Assembly (NCBI GenBank): GCA_010093705.1
Contig: MU006107.1
Location: 232,031 to 296,030, forward strand
Reading direction: 5' to 3'
DNA length: 64,000 nt
Source of the DNA: Patellaria atrata CBS 101060
Taxonomy: Eukaryota
The first letter of the stretch is position 1; each line of letters begins with the position of its first letter. A program made the translations under genes and the position numbers. This document shows positions 13,247 through 25,245 of the stretch, in pieces. The notes below the pieces were generated by a model, which had not been told where the DNA came from, did not search any database, and worked only from the letters and a program-made list of their open reading frames with translations.

Positions 13247-13292
13247 AGTATGGTTAATCAATAGTGTTTAGTATGGTTAACCAATAGTGTTT
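13247..13292. repeat. 23-bp tandem duplication (2 copies, 1 mismatch)
   Basis: AGTATGGTTAATCAATAGTGTTT followed by AGTATGGTTAACCAATAGTGTTT. Confidence 0.85.
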
Positions 13293-13766
13293 ACGCGAGG
13301 CATCTCATGATATTTTTCACTTTCTACGTATGTGTTATACCTCAAGGGACATACCAATGTACTACAACTTTCCCGCAACTGGCGTACAGAGATTTCTCAA
13401 GTCCAGAACGTTCCCCCGAATGCACCGTACAGTTTCCTGAAACCAACCGCGTCCGTCCTAGGGCTGATGTTGGGCAGTACAAGAAAACACGGAGAGTAAC
13501 GCGCACAGACTTCTGTATACGATGAAGCTAGTATTCCCTACTTGCACTGAAGGTTTCTCGGTACTTTGACATACGCCGTACACATAACCTAAACCGGGTT
13601 GCTGGATTTCCCTCAATCCACTCGCCCTTCCGTGTGAACCATTACACCATAATTCAGCTCTGTACAATGACAGCACAAAACATGTACAGCTCTACCAAAA
13701 CAGACCAGATTGCTCATCACGGGAAACACTTATGCAAAATAAACCAACGCCAAATCTTCTCATGAC

Positions 13767-15387
13767 TCAATACTCCATCCCATCCCTCTCTCTCTTGATG
13801 CTCGTCTTCTCACCCTTCAATAAACTCGACACAAACCCCTTAAAAAAGTCCACATACGGCTTCAACCTTGTCTTCTCCCAATCCTGGACTTTCTTCTCAC
13901 TATCATCCTTCTTCCAACTGTTTATATCCGCGAGCAATTCCGTTACAGTAGGTACATCCAACGGATCGAACTCCTCTACTCTGCGCACATCGATTGGTAC
14001 ACAGATTCTACCGGTCCCTGGATGCACGCAGAAAGGACTTTTGAGCAAATGGTTTAGTTTCTTAGAGACTTCAGCGTCGAGCCTGGGATATGTGTATTCG
14101 AGTATGACATCCTGCTTTGCTTGCATGAGCTTTTTTGTGTCGAGGTTAGGGTTTATTCCTGATTCAGCAAGAGTGTCGATGTCGTTCCATTTGGAGGTCG
14201 ACGAGCGGGAAGGCGCGGAGTCCCATTTCTTCTGTAAGGCGGAATTGAGTTGGGCGTCGGGGAGAAGTGTGAGCAGATGAGCAGCCTTTTTGGGGTTTTC
14301 CCATGGGTCCTGGTCGGCTAAAATGGACGTTGGGAAGAATTCCTTTAGGATGCGGAGACTGCGACTATACGAATGGGTCAGTAAGAAACATCGGGTCTTA
14401 GAAAATATACTACACTTACTCAAGATGAGGGTGTAGCGGCCGTCTGATGTTGACCTTTTTGCTGCTCTTATCACCACCTTTGACCAACTCTAGGTAGCCT
14501 GCGATAGCCCTTCTCTTCTGATCATCTAATTCTCTTGCCCTCTTATCACAAACCCAAGCGTGAGCACCACGACGACCAGAATATACCCACATAATATGCT
14601 TAAACCCGAAGTCGTCTTTCAGAGCCGCATCTACTACCTTGATGGCCATTGTAATGAACGTCCAGCACCGATGGCATATACTGGCACCAGTACAGCACGT
14701 ACGGATCTCATCATAATCAGTCATATCAATATCGAAAACTAGTTCTTTTGTGAGAGGGCGGAATGCAGCAGATTTGGGTAATGATTTACGCTCCCGAGGG
14801 TTTGTGGAGTAAACAGGACCTATCTCGAAACGGGTAGGAATCATATCCATACATTGTTTACGAAGCCTACTTCTATTAGCGGGACTATAGGCTTTTAGAA
14901 AGTACGATACGCACGTATCCGCTGTCTTGAATGACTGATAACGTAAATACACATCATTCTGGAGAGTAAACGCAAACTCTCGGTGTCGGAAGTCATTTGT
15001 ATCTTCTGGGTTCGGTGAGTGATTTAACCACTGGAACAGATATCGAAAGGGAAAGAGTCGCTGGTAGAACGCTCGCATCACATCGGAGTCTGAAAATCGT
15101 CCGAGGGATTGAGGCCTAAGTAAGGGTGAGTCTCTGATAGGATAACCCTGTTTCTAGACATACATAGGTTGTGAGGAGTCTTCTCCTTTGATTTGAGCCG
15201 GCGGTGCACTCGAAGAGTACTCATCCTCGTTGTCATCATCAAACATATCCTCCAGCTTGACGTTCTCCTTATTATCCTCCACGATGGTGCTCTGTGATAT
15301 GGTTTGTGATTGTGAAGGTTCATTTTGCAGAGATGGAGCATCTGGAAGAACCAGGTCTTCGTCTTGGGAATTTTCGGAATGAGGCAT
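13767..15387 (-). CDS. PRI1: DNA primase small (catalytic) subunit; exons 15387-15164, 15115-14915, 14866-14420, 14364-13767
   Basis: REFAFTL, KELVFDIDMTDYD, WVYSGRRGAHAWVCD, YPRLDAEVSKKLNHLLKSPFCVHPGTGRICVP; three GT-AG introns restore frame. Confidence 0.95.
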
Positions 15388-15456
15388 TGTACAACTCAAT
15401 TTTTGCAGCTGGTGGTATTGGTGTTCTTTAAGAGTTCTTTGGAGGTTCGTGGGGCG

Positions 15457-15480
15457 ACGCGACGCGATAAACCTACGCGT
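15457..15480. promoter_or_regulatory. MCB (MluI cell-cycle box) cluster in the PRI1/DUF1917 bidirectional promoter
   Basis: ACGCGA at 15457 and 15462, perfect ACGCGT at 15475-15480, 70-90 bp upstream of the PRI1 ATG. Confidence 0.55.
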
Positions 15481-15619
15481 ATTGGGCTTGAAGTGCTACG
15501 GCGGGCTAAACGGTGCATGACCGCCGACGTCACACGTAGTGCATGAGTCTTCTAGAACTTCTCCTATGAGGCTCAGAAACAAATTATACTATGTAGTGGA
15601 GAAAATCTGTCTTCTTATT

Positions 15620-16740
15620 ATGACGGTGGAAGGGGATATGGTATCAGGTGACGGTTGGATTTCAGATGAATCAAGCTTCTGTGGTAAGTATTTATACACT
15701 GAGCTCAGGAAATTACCTTAATTGTCTATCATCTAACTTTCAACTAGGTGACACAGAGATATCAACTTCCAAGAAGTTACGCCGAAATCTAGACATTCAA
15801 GAATATTGGACGAGACATCCAAAGTTGGTCAACGTTATTGCTCATTCTGCCATGTCTGCTTCAAGAATGGTAGAAACCGAAATGTGGAACCCTGGTGAAG
15901 GAGAACCGGATTGGCGTCAAGTGCATGAGACAATTCCCGAATTTCTCGAACGGTTACCGCCACTAGCAAGTACACGGGATGCTGTCGGCTCGTGGATATG
16001 GATTGCGAATCCGTACCCCGACAGGAAACGGCCTGATAATGCTGATCTAGCAGGCCTCACTGAAGGAGGCTCGAGACTTCTTGAAGCATACACTGAGATG
16101 AAAGAACAAGTAGAAAAGGAGAACGCTGGTAGAGCGAAGGGTATTATTACCCGCAAACTGACTCCTCAAAGGCAACAATTGAAGAATGAAATCTACAAGT
16201 TAGCAAAGGATAAAGGAGTGACCAGTGGCAAGGCGAGAAAACTTGCCCCTTCTATCAATTTCCCTAGCTAATAATTTCAAGTGGATGCTTTTCCCAATGG
16301 CGGCAGATGTCATAAGGACCTGGCGAGCAGTGTCTGAAGCTATCATTAATGCCAGACTTGGACCGAGTGCTAAAATTGCAACAATAGGTCCAGACAGAGA
16401 CCCAGCCGGAGGTCGCCTAATTTGCATCTATACGAAAGATTTCTCTGACGTCGACGACGTTCGGCGTGTTCTGAACGAGCTGGTACTGATGGGCCTCGTC
16501 AAAGCCGATGCCCCTAGAGGAATCTATTACAAAGCTGATGCATTGACGCACCTTGGGATTGAGTCCGGTAATGACTACGGACTTCAAGCAAGTTTGTACT
16601 CGAGCAAGGATATGTTAGCAGCTGCAAAACCTGGCAAAAAACGGCCTATAGAGGCGGTCGTTGAAAACAACGAGAAAGATCTCAAGGGCAAGAAGCCGAT
16701 GACGTTCGCAACATTCACCAAGTCTCGCCCCAAATGTTGA
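15620..16740 (+). CDS. DUF1917 / Bles03 (C11orf68/UPF0696)-like eIF4E-fold protein; exons 15620-15683, 15748-16232, 16282-16740
   Basis: SGK|WMLF, W..V..A....LG..AK, LICIYTKDFSD..DV.RVL, IYYKADALTHLGI..GN motifs; the second intron needs a GC donor. Confidence 0.8.
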
Positions 16741-18179
16741 ACCTTTCCATATGCGCTCTGGTGTGGTTCCTGTTTTTTGCATCGTTATATTGCATTATAC
16801 CCAACCTGTGGCGGCCATGTGCTTCTTTGTTTTCATCTTCAGTTCTTCATGTCGGTAGTCTTAAATTTTCTTCTTCAATTGCGTGTTCTTGACAAGGTCT
16901 GACGCAACATCGAGTAATGAAAACCATATACATGCTTTAGGCAATTCTACTGACCAAGAGAAGAACTGGTGGCTATATTGTAGCAAGCGTCTTCGTGTCC
17001 GGTGACTAAAGCGTTAGGATATCGTGGAATTTCTATTACTCGATCGCCATTCTAGGGTTCTCCAGGGCATTCGAATCGTGTTCTTATTTCTCCAAGGTCA
17101 GTTACTAACATTCATATCGTTACAGCTATACTTCTACACATAGGACTTCTTCATATGCCTAGTGAAAGTCAGATCAGGAGTTTCCAAAAATAAAAATGAA
17201 AAATACAAACAGCTGAAGAGCGCAATAAAAGATTATGGAGGAAATGGATGCTATAGATTGCTGTGATTATCTCCGCGGTAGGTATTCGGTGTGGTTCGTT
17301 GTCGTCAATTACGCTACTCGATTGTTGGGTTCGGCAGAGGTTCTCGTTACTCGATCAGAAGCATATTGATCGAGTAATACAAAATCAAGTCAGACTAGCC
17401 GGAAAAAGGACCGGACATTCGCGTCAACCGAAGGACAATGGGGGTGCTTGCAGTCCGAAGGAGCTGAGCTGTAGGAGTACTTGTTCTTGTTCTTGTATAG
17501 TTCTATTGCAACCGCTGGATGCGACAGAGACATTGCAGGTACAAGTATACTACATGCAAACAATATACAAAGCTGGTGTACGTTTGGATTGAAGAGGAAG
17601 TTGTGTGGATGTGTATAAGGCTGAGGTGGGAAATTAAGGTTTGAGGTCTAGCCGGATTCACATGCACAGCGATAGCGGAGATTTCCACCTCACGGTCCCC
17701 CTTGGTCCTAACCCCTTGGCCATTGCTCTTTCCCAAGGGGACATTCCCGGTCTTTCTTATCATCTTATCAGTAAACCTCCGCCAAGACAATCAATCATAC
17801 TCTCTCCCATACCACCCGATACTTCAAGAGACCCTCTCACCCAACCAGTTAACCAGTTGGTAAGCTTCAATACACCGCTGCCGCTTTTAACCTACAGATC
17901 GAATCCGCAGACCCCCGTAATTTCCCCCGATAACCTCACATAGGCCCAACATAAATCCCTCTCACACACATAATCTGAACTTTTGCTACAATTTCCATCG
18001 AGTAAAGCCCCTCCACCAAGACCGTAATCTCACAGTCCGGAGGAGCCCCCACCATTTCTACGGATACGAGTAAGTGACAATACGGGTACCTGTTCTGCGC
18101 CACGTAGTGTGGGTCGAATCCGGAGCTCCCAGTAGTTGTGTAGTTTGAGCTCAAACAAGATGATCCCTTCAGCCATCTG

Positions 18180-18369
18180 TTTATCTGGCAATGTAGATAA
18201 GAGGCTCCTGTACCCCGGATTTTGGTCCTTGGTCTATTTCTGCGCTCAGTCACTTTCATTGTCTTCAGAACTACATCTTCAAGACCCGTGAAGACTCTTG
18301 AATATTTTCTTTGTTGTCTCACAACCATCATTGTGAGACGTGAACACCTTATCGTTTCTTTGCTTATCA
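18180..18369. promoter_or_regulatory. Cluster of GATA (AreA/Nit2-type) sites upstream of allantoinase
   Basis: TTATCT 18181, AGATAA 18195, CTTATC 18348 and 18363; purine catabolism genes are nitrogen-regulated through GATA factors. Confidence 0.45.
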
Positions 18370-18504
18370 GTTAGCACGCGGATCCGACCGGTTGCACTGC
18401 TTTGACCCTCTAGACAAGCAGCTCCTGCTCCCCATAAGCTCAAAGTAACCTCGCTCTTCCACAAAAGATTTTCCGTTAGGAAACTTTCTTTGACTTTAAA
18501 CATC

Positions 18505-20147
18505 ATGGCTCCTCATGCTACCGGTAGTCCTGTTTTCAGTAGTCTGCTCTCCGATCCGCCAATCACTGTTCTGGCGTCGTCTCGAGCAGTTATTTCTGGT
18601 AGCCTTACTGAAGCAACCATTGTAATATCAACTTTAACCGGAAAGGTCACGTCGATATTCCACTCCGTTCTGCCACGTTCAGACTTTCCTTCAGGAACTC
18701 CCTATATTGACTACTCGCCGAAGATTCTTATCCCTGGGTTAGTAGATGCTCATGTGCATCTCAATGAGCCTGGACGTACGGAATGGGAAGGCTTCTGGAC
18801 TGGGACAAGAGCGGCTGCTTTTGGTGGTGTCACCACTGTAATTGATATGCCACTCAATGCTATCCCGCCTACCACTACCGTACAGGGTCTGAAAGAGAAG
18901 GTTGCTGCTGCCCAGGGTAAATGCTGGGTTGATGTCGGGTTCTACGGCGGAATTGTGCCTGGAAACGAGAATGAGTTGAAAGATCTCGTTAAGGAAGGTG
19001 TCAGAGGTTTCAAAGGTTTTCTCATAGACAGCGGAGTAGGTCACGGGACATCGCCGGTGAATCGTATATGTGCTAATTTTATCGTTCAGGTCGATGAATT
19101 CCCTGCGGTATCCGCGGAAGACATCCGCAAAGTCTTTAAGGAACTAGGAGATGAACCCACTACCGTCATGTTCCACGCGGAGATGATCCCTCCTATCACT
19201 GCGTCTGTTGGCGACGACGTGCAACACTCAGCCCCTCCCCTTGAACCAACCGGACCACTAACATCCTACCAAACATTCCTGGACTCTCGGCCCTCGTCTT
19301 TCGAGACCTATGCCATCTCGGAAATCCTCTCACTTGCACACTTAGCCCCTAGTCTACCTTTGCATATCGTCCATCTCTCCGCTATTGAGGCAATTCCCTT
19401 ACTCCGAGAAGCACGTGCGAACGGTGTGAAAATCACCGCAGAAACCTGCTTCCACTACCTCAGTCTTGCGGCAGAGAAGGTAGAGGAGGGTGATACACGC
19501 CATAAGTGTTGCCCACCTATCCGCACGCAGTCTAACCAAGACGGCCTATGGGATGAGATGCAGAGACCAGATGACAGTGTCATCAAGACTGTCGTGAGCG
19601 ATCACTCTCCTTGCACGCCAGATCTCAAGATGTTGCCTGCGCATCTCGCTGGAAAGTCCCCTGGAAAGACAGCTCCGGAAAACACAGATGGCGAGCATGG
19701 TGACTTTTTTGCTGCTTGGGGTGGAATCAGTAGTGTTGGACTTGGCCTAAGCATCCTCTGGACAGAAGGTCAGCAAAGGAAAATTACTATCGAGGACGTT
19801 GTGAAGTGGTGCTGTAGAAATACCGCAAAGCAGGTCGGACTCGAGCATGTCAAGGGTGACTTGGCCGTCGGATTCGATGGTGATGTTGCAGTATTCGACG
19901 ATGACGCAACTTTTGTAGTAAGTCTTGTACTTGATACATTAAAATTCAAAAGCTAAATAAGGCGTAATAGGTGGAGCATAACACTATGCTATTCCGCAAC
20001 AAGTGTTCTCCATATGAGAACAAGACCCTCAAAGGCGTCGTTAAGGAAACCTGGGTCCGTGGCCGCAAGGTATTCACGCGGGAATCCGGGTTCGGCGAGA
20101 AGACCGGCCCGACAGGGAAGTTGTTGCTCGAGCCGAGAAAAGCTTGA
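18505..20147 (+). CDS. DAL1: Allantoinase; exons 18505-19035, 19090-19917, 19971-20147
   Basis: PGLVDAHVHLNEPGRTEWEGF, GGVTTVIDMPLNAIPPTT, GFKGFLIDSG|VDEFP, HKCCPPIR, VSDHSPC, AWGGISSVGLGL, final exon FRNKCSPYE...GVVKETWVRG. Confidence 0.95.
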
Positions 20148-20804
20148 AGAAATCATAGGTCAATATTCTCGGCAGGAGGATTTGAGTTTGTGGCGTTCAG
20201 CATAGAGTTCGGCGTTGCATGGGTCGACCCAGTGATAACCTGATAGAAAGGTATGATCTCTGCATTATGCATACGATGGGACGGAATAATGAGTGTAATG
20301 ATTTCAAAGGCCCAGCGATATCAGTTCAGGGCGGCTATATTTCGGAAGGTAGAATATCTAGTACATGAATTACCGATCTAAAAGCTCTACTGATCCGTGA
20401 ACGATCAACCGACAACTTACGCTTGTTGTATCTACTCCATCTGCAACGTATTCCCGACACCGCAGTTCTTTGGGAGTTTGGTCCAAGCCACTTGGTACTG
20501 ACTGGGTACGTCATTCCGAGTCCTCGAATGATAATCCATCCCGGGAACGAGAACGACGTTGGGCGACCCTGCTACCTGACCCATTCAGAGAACTTACCCT
20601 CTATATCCAACACTTGAAAGCCTTGTCACGCATAGGAACACGAATTGAATGGTATGACTCACTCGTGAGGAAAAATATGTAGCTCTGACCTCGCCATACC
20701 ACTACTCTGCCAGTGGTGTTGCCTCTCCCTACAACACGCTCTGTCCGTAATAGTATTCGTTGTATATAGCATATCACACCTGCATGATAGGACCACCGTT
20801 CCAA

Positions 20805-21772
20805 ATGTGCGTTCTATCCTCCATACTCGATGCTCTGAGAGGTATCTTCACCGCATCCGAACCGCCCAAACCAGTGGTCTCAAACACCCCGAAAATCATT
20901 CACATAATCGGTACACAGCCCCTTTCCACTACCCCATCGCTCTACTCTATCTAACCCCCCCAAGTACTCCCGCAGCGGGTAAAGATGAGATATGCGTCCG
21001 CATGCGCGACGGCCTATTCCCTCTATCACATTTCCGTCGGCGACGTGCTCCGAGCCGCAAAAGCCGACCCTAATAACCCCGCCGGACGGGAAATCGCGGG
21101 ATACATGCAACGTGGAGAGTTGATCCCGCCCTCACTGTCGTACCCGCTGTTCAAGGAGAGGATTGAAGCGGAGGTGAGGAAGGGGGCAGGAAGGGTGCTG
21201 GAGGATTGGCTGCCGAGGGATGTGCGGCAGATGAGGACGTGGGAGAGCTTGGTGAGTGCGTATCTTACTTACGTATACTAAATACCCGGGAGAAAGTTGA
21301 TGTTGGGGGATGTAGGTTCAGCGGCCCGATCTGGTGCTCTGGGTTAACGCTCCGATTGAAGTCGCGAGGGAGGAGAATCGACGGATCCTCCTGAAACTGC
21401 AGACTGGTGAAACGGAGTGGGTTGAAGAGCGGCTGAGGGAGTTTGAGGAGGAGAGTGAGCCCTTATTGGCGGAGTATAGGAAGCAGAGAGTTCTTCTTGA
21501 GGTGAGTGCTTTGAGAAGGACTATCGTGCGGTTAATGCTAATGGTAGAAGATACCTAAGCGTATCACGATCGAAGAGTCGTATTGTATGGTTGTGAGTGC
21601 GTTATCGAAGGACAGACGATGGGCGAAGATTATTTTGGAGTCCCAGGGGCTCCTAGGGGTGGCGATGGATCGGCTGAGATGGGCATCTCCACTCGAACAT
21701 ATTGTACAGCAAACATCTAGATACTCCACTTACAGTTGCAAGAATAATGTATATTTCTGTAAAGATCTTTAG
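20805..21772 (+). pseudogene. Degenerate adenylate/UMP-CMP kinase-like gene (pseudogene or pseudo-kinase); exons approx. 20805-20910, 20965-21251, 21316-21501, 21548-21772
   Basis: KIIHIIG, YHISVGDVLR, GELIP, EDWLPRD (cf. DGFPR), ERLREFEEESEPLLAEY match the NMP-kinase pattern; the P-loop-like TPAAGKDEIC is in a different frame. Confidence 0.65.
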
Positions 21773-22662
21773 ACGGGCATTGCCGTGCTCCGTGGTGTGC
21801 GGTACTTGTATAGTACTAGCACTTGTAGCATAGTTTACTGACTATCCGGTTTCCAGTCGAGGGGATGGGTGATGAGCCAAGTCATGATTGTATATCGTGT
21901 AGCATTCAGGTATTGCACTCATCTAGAAATAAGAGGATATACGCTGTGAGCATCGTGTTCATAGCAAACGCTTTGTCGTCGAGTATGTCCATCATCCCCT
22001 CTAGCGTTCCGCTGGCAATGTACAGGTTGCAGCCACTTGCGAAATCTTGTACGAACCGTACACCCTAGTTTTATCAGCTCAGATGTCCAAAGAACTGAAA
22101 CTTTCCAAACAAATTGAATATGGAACCTACCTCAAGGGGAAGTCCGGAGCTTCTGCGAACAGCTTTTGTGTCAGGTATGCTCTATGATCTCAACCGATTG
22201 GACTCTCCGCTTGTAGCCGTACAGCTCACGCCCACTAACGTATTGCTATTACCTTAAGGAATCTAGAGATGTATTTTAGCTCCATAGAAGTACAGTAAAA
22301 GGGAGAATATCGAAGCACATGACGGCATAACGAGGTGGTCGGTTCGTGTTGTTTACAATACTTGCCGGTGCCTGGCCCGCCTTCTGCCGATGGAAACCAG
22401 TGGTGTGGGGAACGGGAGGATGGAGAAATTCCGCACCTGATATGCCGAACCTGCATCTGAACAGTTACAATATTAACTGTTTCGACAGCTTATGCTGGGG
22501 GAGGGGTTTGACAATCTGATCTGTTTTTCGTGTTTTCAAAGTTACTCTGTGCTTCTATAGTTTTCGAGATAGGAAAAAAATCAATTATTTTACTTCCAAT
22601 TGTGCAGAAAACGTCATTCAGGGTCTAGGAGAGCTCTCTCCATTTTTTCTTAACCTCCAGTC

Positions 22663-24342
22663 ATGTCTCCTTCTATAGCATTGAAATTACGGACTGCGAC
22701 ACACCTAAGCAGGTCCTCGTCATCAAGAGTATACGGAAACTCCAATTCTTCTACCTCAAAAGCTACTAATTACTATAGAATCTCTTACTCGTTCGCTCAT
22801 TCGCATCTACCGCCCGCCGTCATGAAATCAACAAGATCGTGTCCTCGGCGGAAGAAGCCATCAAAGACATGAAATCCAACAGTACCCTCCTGTGCGGTGG
22901 TTTCGGCCTCTGTGGCGTTCCAGATACCCTCATAAATCAAGTTCACAAGACTTCCTCTATAACGAGCCTTACCGCAGTCTCCAACAATGCAGGCGTAGTC
23001 GGCAAAGGACTAGGCTTGCTACTCGCGTCACGGCAAGTCAAAAAGATGATTGCAAGCTATGTGGGTGAGAACAAAGTATTTGAACAGATGTATCTAAGCG
23101 GTGAAATCGAGCTCGAGCTCACACCACAAGGTACGCTCGCGGAGCGATGTCGAGCCGGGGGTGCGGGTATCCCGGCCTTCTATACACCCGCCGCGTTCGG
23201 TACCGTTGTACAGACGGGTGAGCTGCCGCTTAAGCATAATAAGGATGGTACCGTGGCTGCATACTCGGCTCCGCGCGATGTTAAAGTGTTTGACGGGAAG
23301 TCGTACGTCATGGAAGAGGCTATTAAGGGCGACTATGCCTTCATAAAAGCGTGGAAAGCGGATCGCCTTGGCAATTGCATGTTTCGGTATGCGGCAGCGA
23401 ATTTTAACGGCGCAATGGCGCGAAATGCGAGGATGACAATTGTGGAGGCCGAAAATATCGTCGAACCTGGTGAGATTGACCCTGCTGCTGTTCACGTGCC
23501 AGGAATCTATGTCAAGCGCGTCATCCAGTCGACGGAAGAGAAACAGATCGAGAAGATCATCAACGCGAAGGATCCAAAGGAAGCTATGGGAGCAATGGGC
23601 TCAGGCGACACTGCAAACAAGCGGGAACGCATCGTTCGTCGCGCCGCGAAGGAGTTCAGGAATGGCATGTACGCGAACCTAGGGATCGGGATGCCGATGT
23701 TGGCGCCCAGTTTCGTTGACCCTTCCGTCGAAGTGCAACTACAATCCGAGAACGGGATCCTAGGACTTGGACCCTATCCTAAGAAAGGGCAAGAGGACCC
23801 CGACCTCATTAACGCGGGCAAGGAGACCGTCACGCTTCTACCTGGTGCCGCATGTTTCGGCTCTGACGAGTCTTTCGGCATGATCCGATCTGGCCGCATC
23901 GATCTGACCATCTTAGGCGCGATGCAAGTAAGCGCGAAGGGTGATCTGGCGAACTGGATGTTACCAGGAAAAATCAAAGGGTTCGGAGGAGCTATGGACC
24001 TGGTTAGCAATCCACAGTACACCAAAGTGGTTGTCACGATGGAACATACGGATAAGAAAGGTCGGCCGAAGATCCTGAAACAGTGCGAGTTCCCATTGAC
24101 CGGGAAGGCGTGTGTGAGCAGGATCATAACGGACTTAGTAAGTTTTGTTCACTTAATTGGCTGCCGGTTGGGGGGCTATCGGGTTCTATCATAACTGACG
24201 TATTGGGTAGTGTGTTTTTGATGTCGACTTTACGGATGGTTTAACGCTCGTAGAATTGGCGGACGGTGTAACGGTTGACGAGATCAAGGAGAAGACTGAG
24301 GCGCCATTTAACGTCTCAGATAATATCAAACCAATGTTGTAA
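22663..24342 (+). CDS. Mitochondrial succinyl-CoA:3-ketoacid CoA transferase (SCOT/OXCT-like); exons 22663-22728, 22779-24137, 24211-24342
   Basis: [39 protein letters not shown] (catalytic Glu), GGAMDLV; Arg/Ser-rich presequence. Confidence 0.95.
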
Positions 24343-24780
24343 ATGGACAATGTTTCTCTAGTACGGGAGTTACAGTGTGTATTCGTCAATTTTAGCGCGT
24401 CTAAGTTCGGTGACTGTACGCTTGCTGTATACACGGTGGCATATCGTCAAGTCTGCCCTCTGGTAAAATTTCACTAGTCTGTACTGCTATGTCAGGATCT
24501 TCCTGATGTTGTAAGTACAGTTGGCTACATACAACATCATCAGGGAAGGGTATCGTACATTTGGCTTACCTTTTCTCGCATTCATGTTGGGCGTTCCGGC
24601 GTATTGATTTCTAGTCTCAATCACCAGATACTGCAGCATGAAGTTTTCCCTGACCCCTTTAATCATCACATTATTTCTCATCAAGCATTCACCGCTCAAA
24701 CCCTTCGAGATGTCTTTCCATACATTCGGCAAAAGGATGTACTACCCTAAAACAGACCATACCCGGTCCATGCTCCGCCT

Positions 24781-25245
24781 AAAAAAGACGCACTCACCAC
24801 CCCATGCCACCCCCTCCCCCATCAACCTAATTCATCCACTTACTCGAAAAGCCCGCCGACATCTCCGCAAACCCTCAATTTTCGTCGAACATCTACGCTT
24901 TTAGCGCTTTTTTTGAACCCAGGACTACTGTTCTCTTCCTTAGTACGCCTAGTCTGTGCGCAGAATGTCCGTATTGCGCAATGTCCGTAATAGATGATCT
25001 ATGCTTCGCTCCGTCATCCCCAAGCGCAAAGGGGGTCAGTGCTTTCGGTCGCTACGGATAGTCTGTAGACTGTAACAGTCGGGTATCGGTTTTGAAAGGG
25101 TAAAGAGGGCCAAAACAGCGGACTAAGGAAAGTTTGGGCCACGTGGAGGATGCAGCTATCATCAGCCACCCGAAACACCGCGTTCGACGAAAAATCGAAA
25201 AAGTGTAGATCCCGCGGGTGGATGCGTTGATGGCGCCGGAACTGT
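24781..25245 (-). ncRNA. Candidate structured non-coding RNA (family not recognised)
   Basis: Several nested long-range complementary blocks, G-U-compatible mostly on the minus strand; TATATAAA at 25277-25270 upstream; T6 at 24786-24781 downstream; no credible ORF. Confidence 0.45.

Noticed and set aside
16790..16990. Minus-strand peptide DLVKNTQLKKKI*DY resembling a U-box tail; also C/D-box-like words on the plus strand
   Set aside because: Too short, stop-interrupted, no upstream U-box/RING core and no convincing snoRNA guide or terminal stem.
24922..24960. Group I intron R/S-like motifs (CACAGACUA ... UAGUCC) in the structured region
   Set aside because: No room for P8 between them, no P/Q elements and no host exon; kept only as part of the ncRNA candidate.
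25155..25176. Hammerhead ribozyme core
   Set aside because: CUGAUGA and CGAAAC lie on opposite strands, so a core cannot be assembled.
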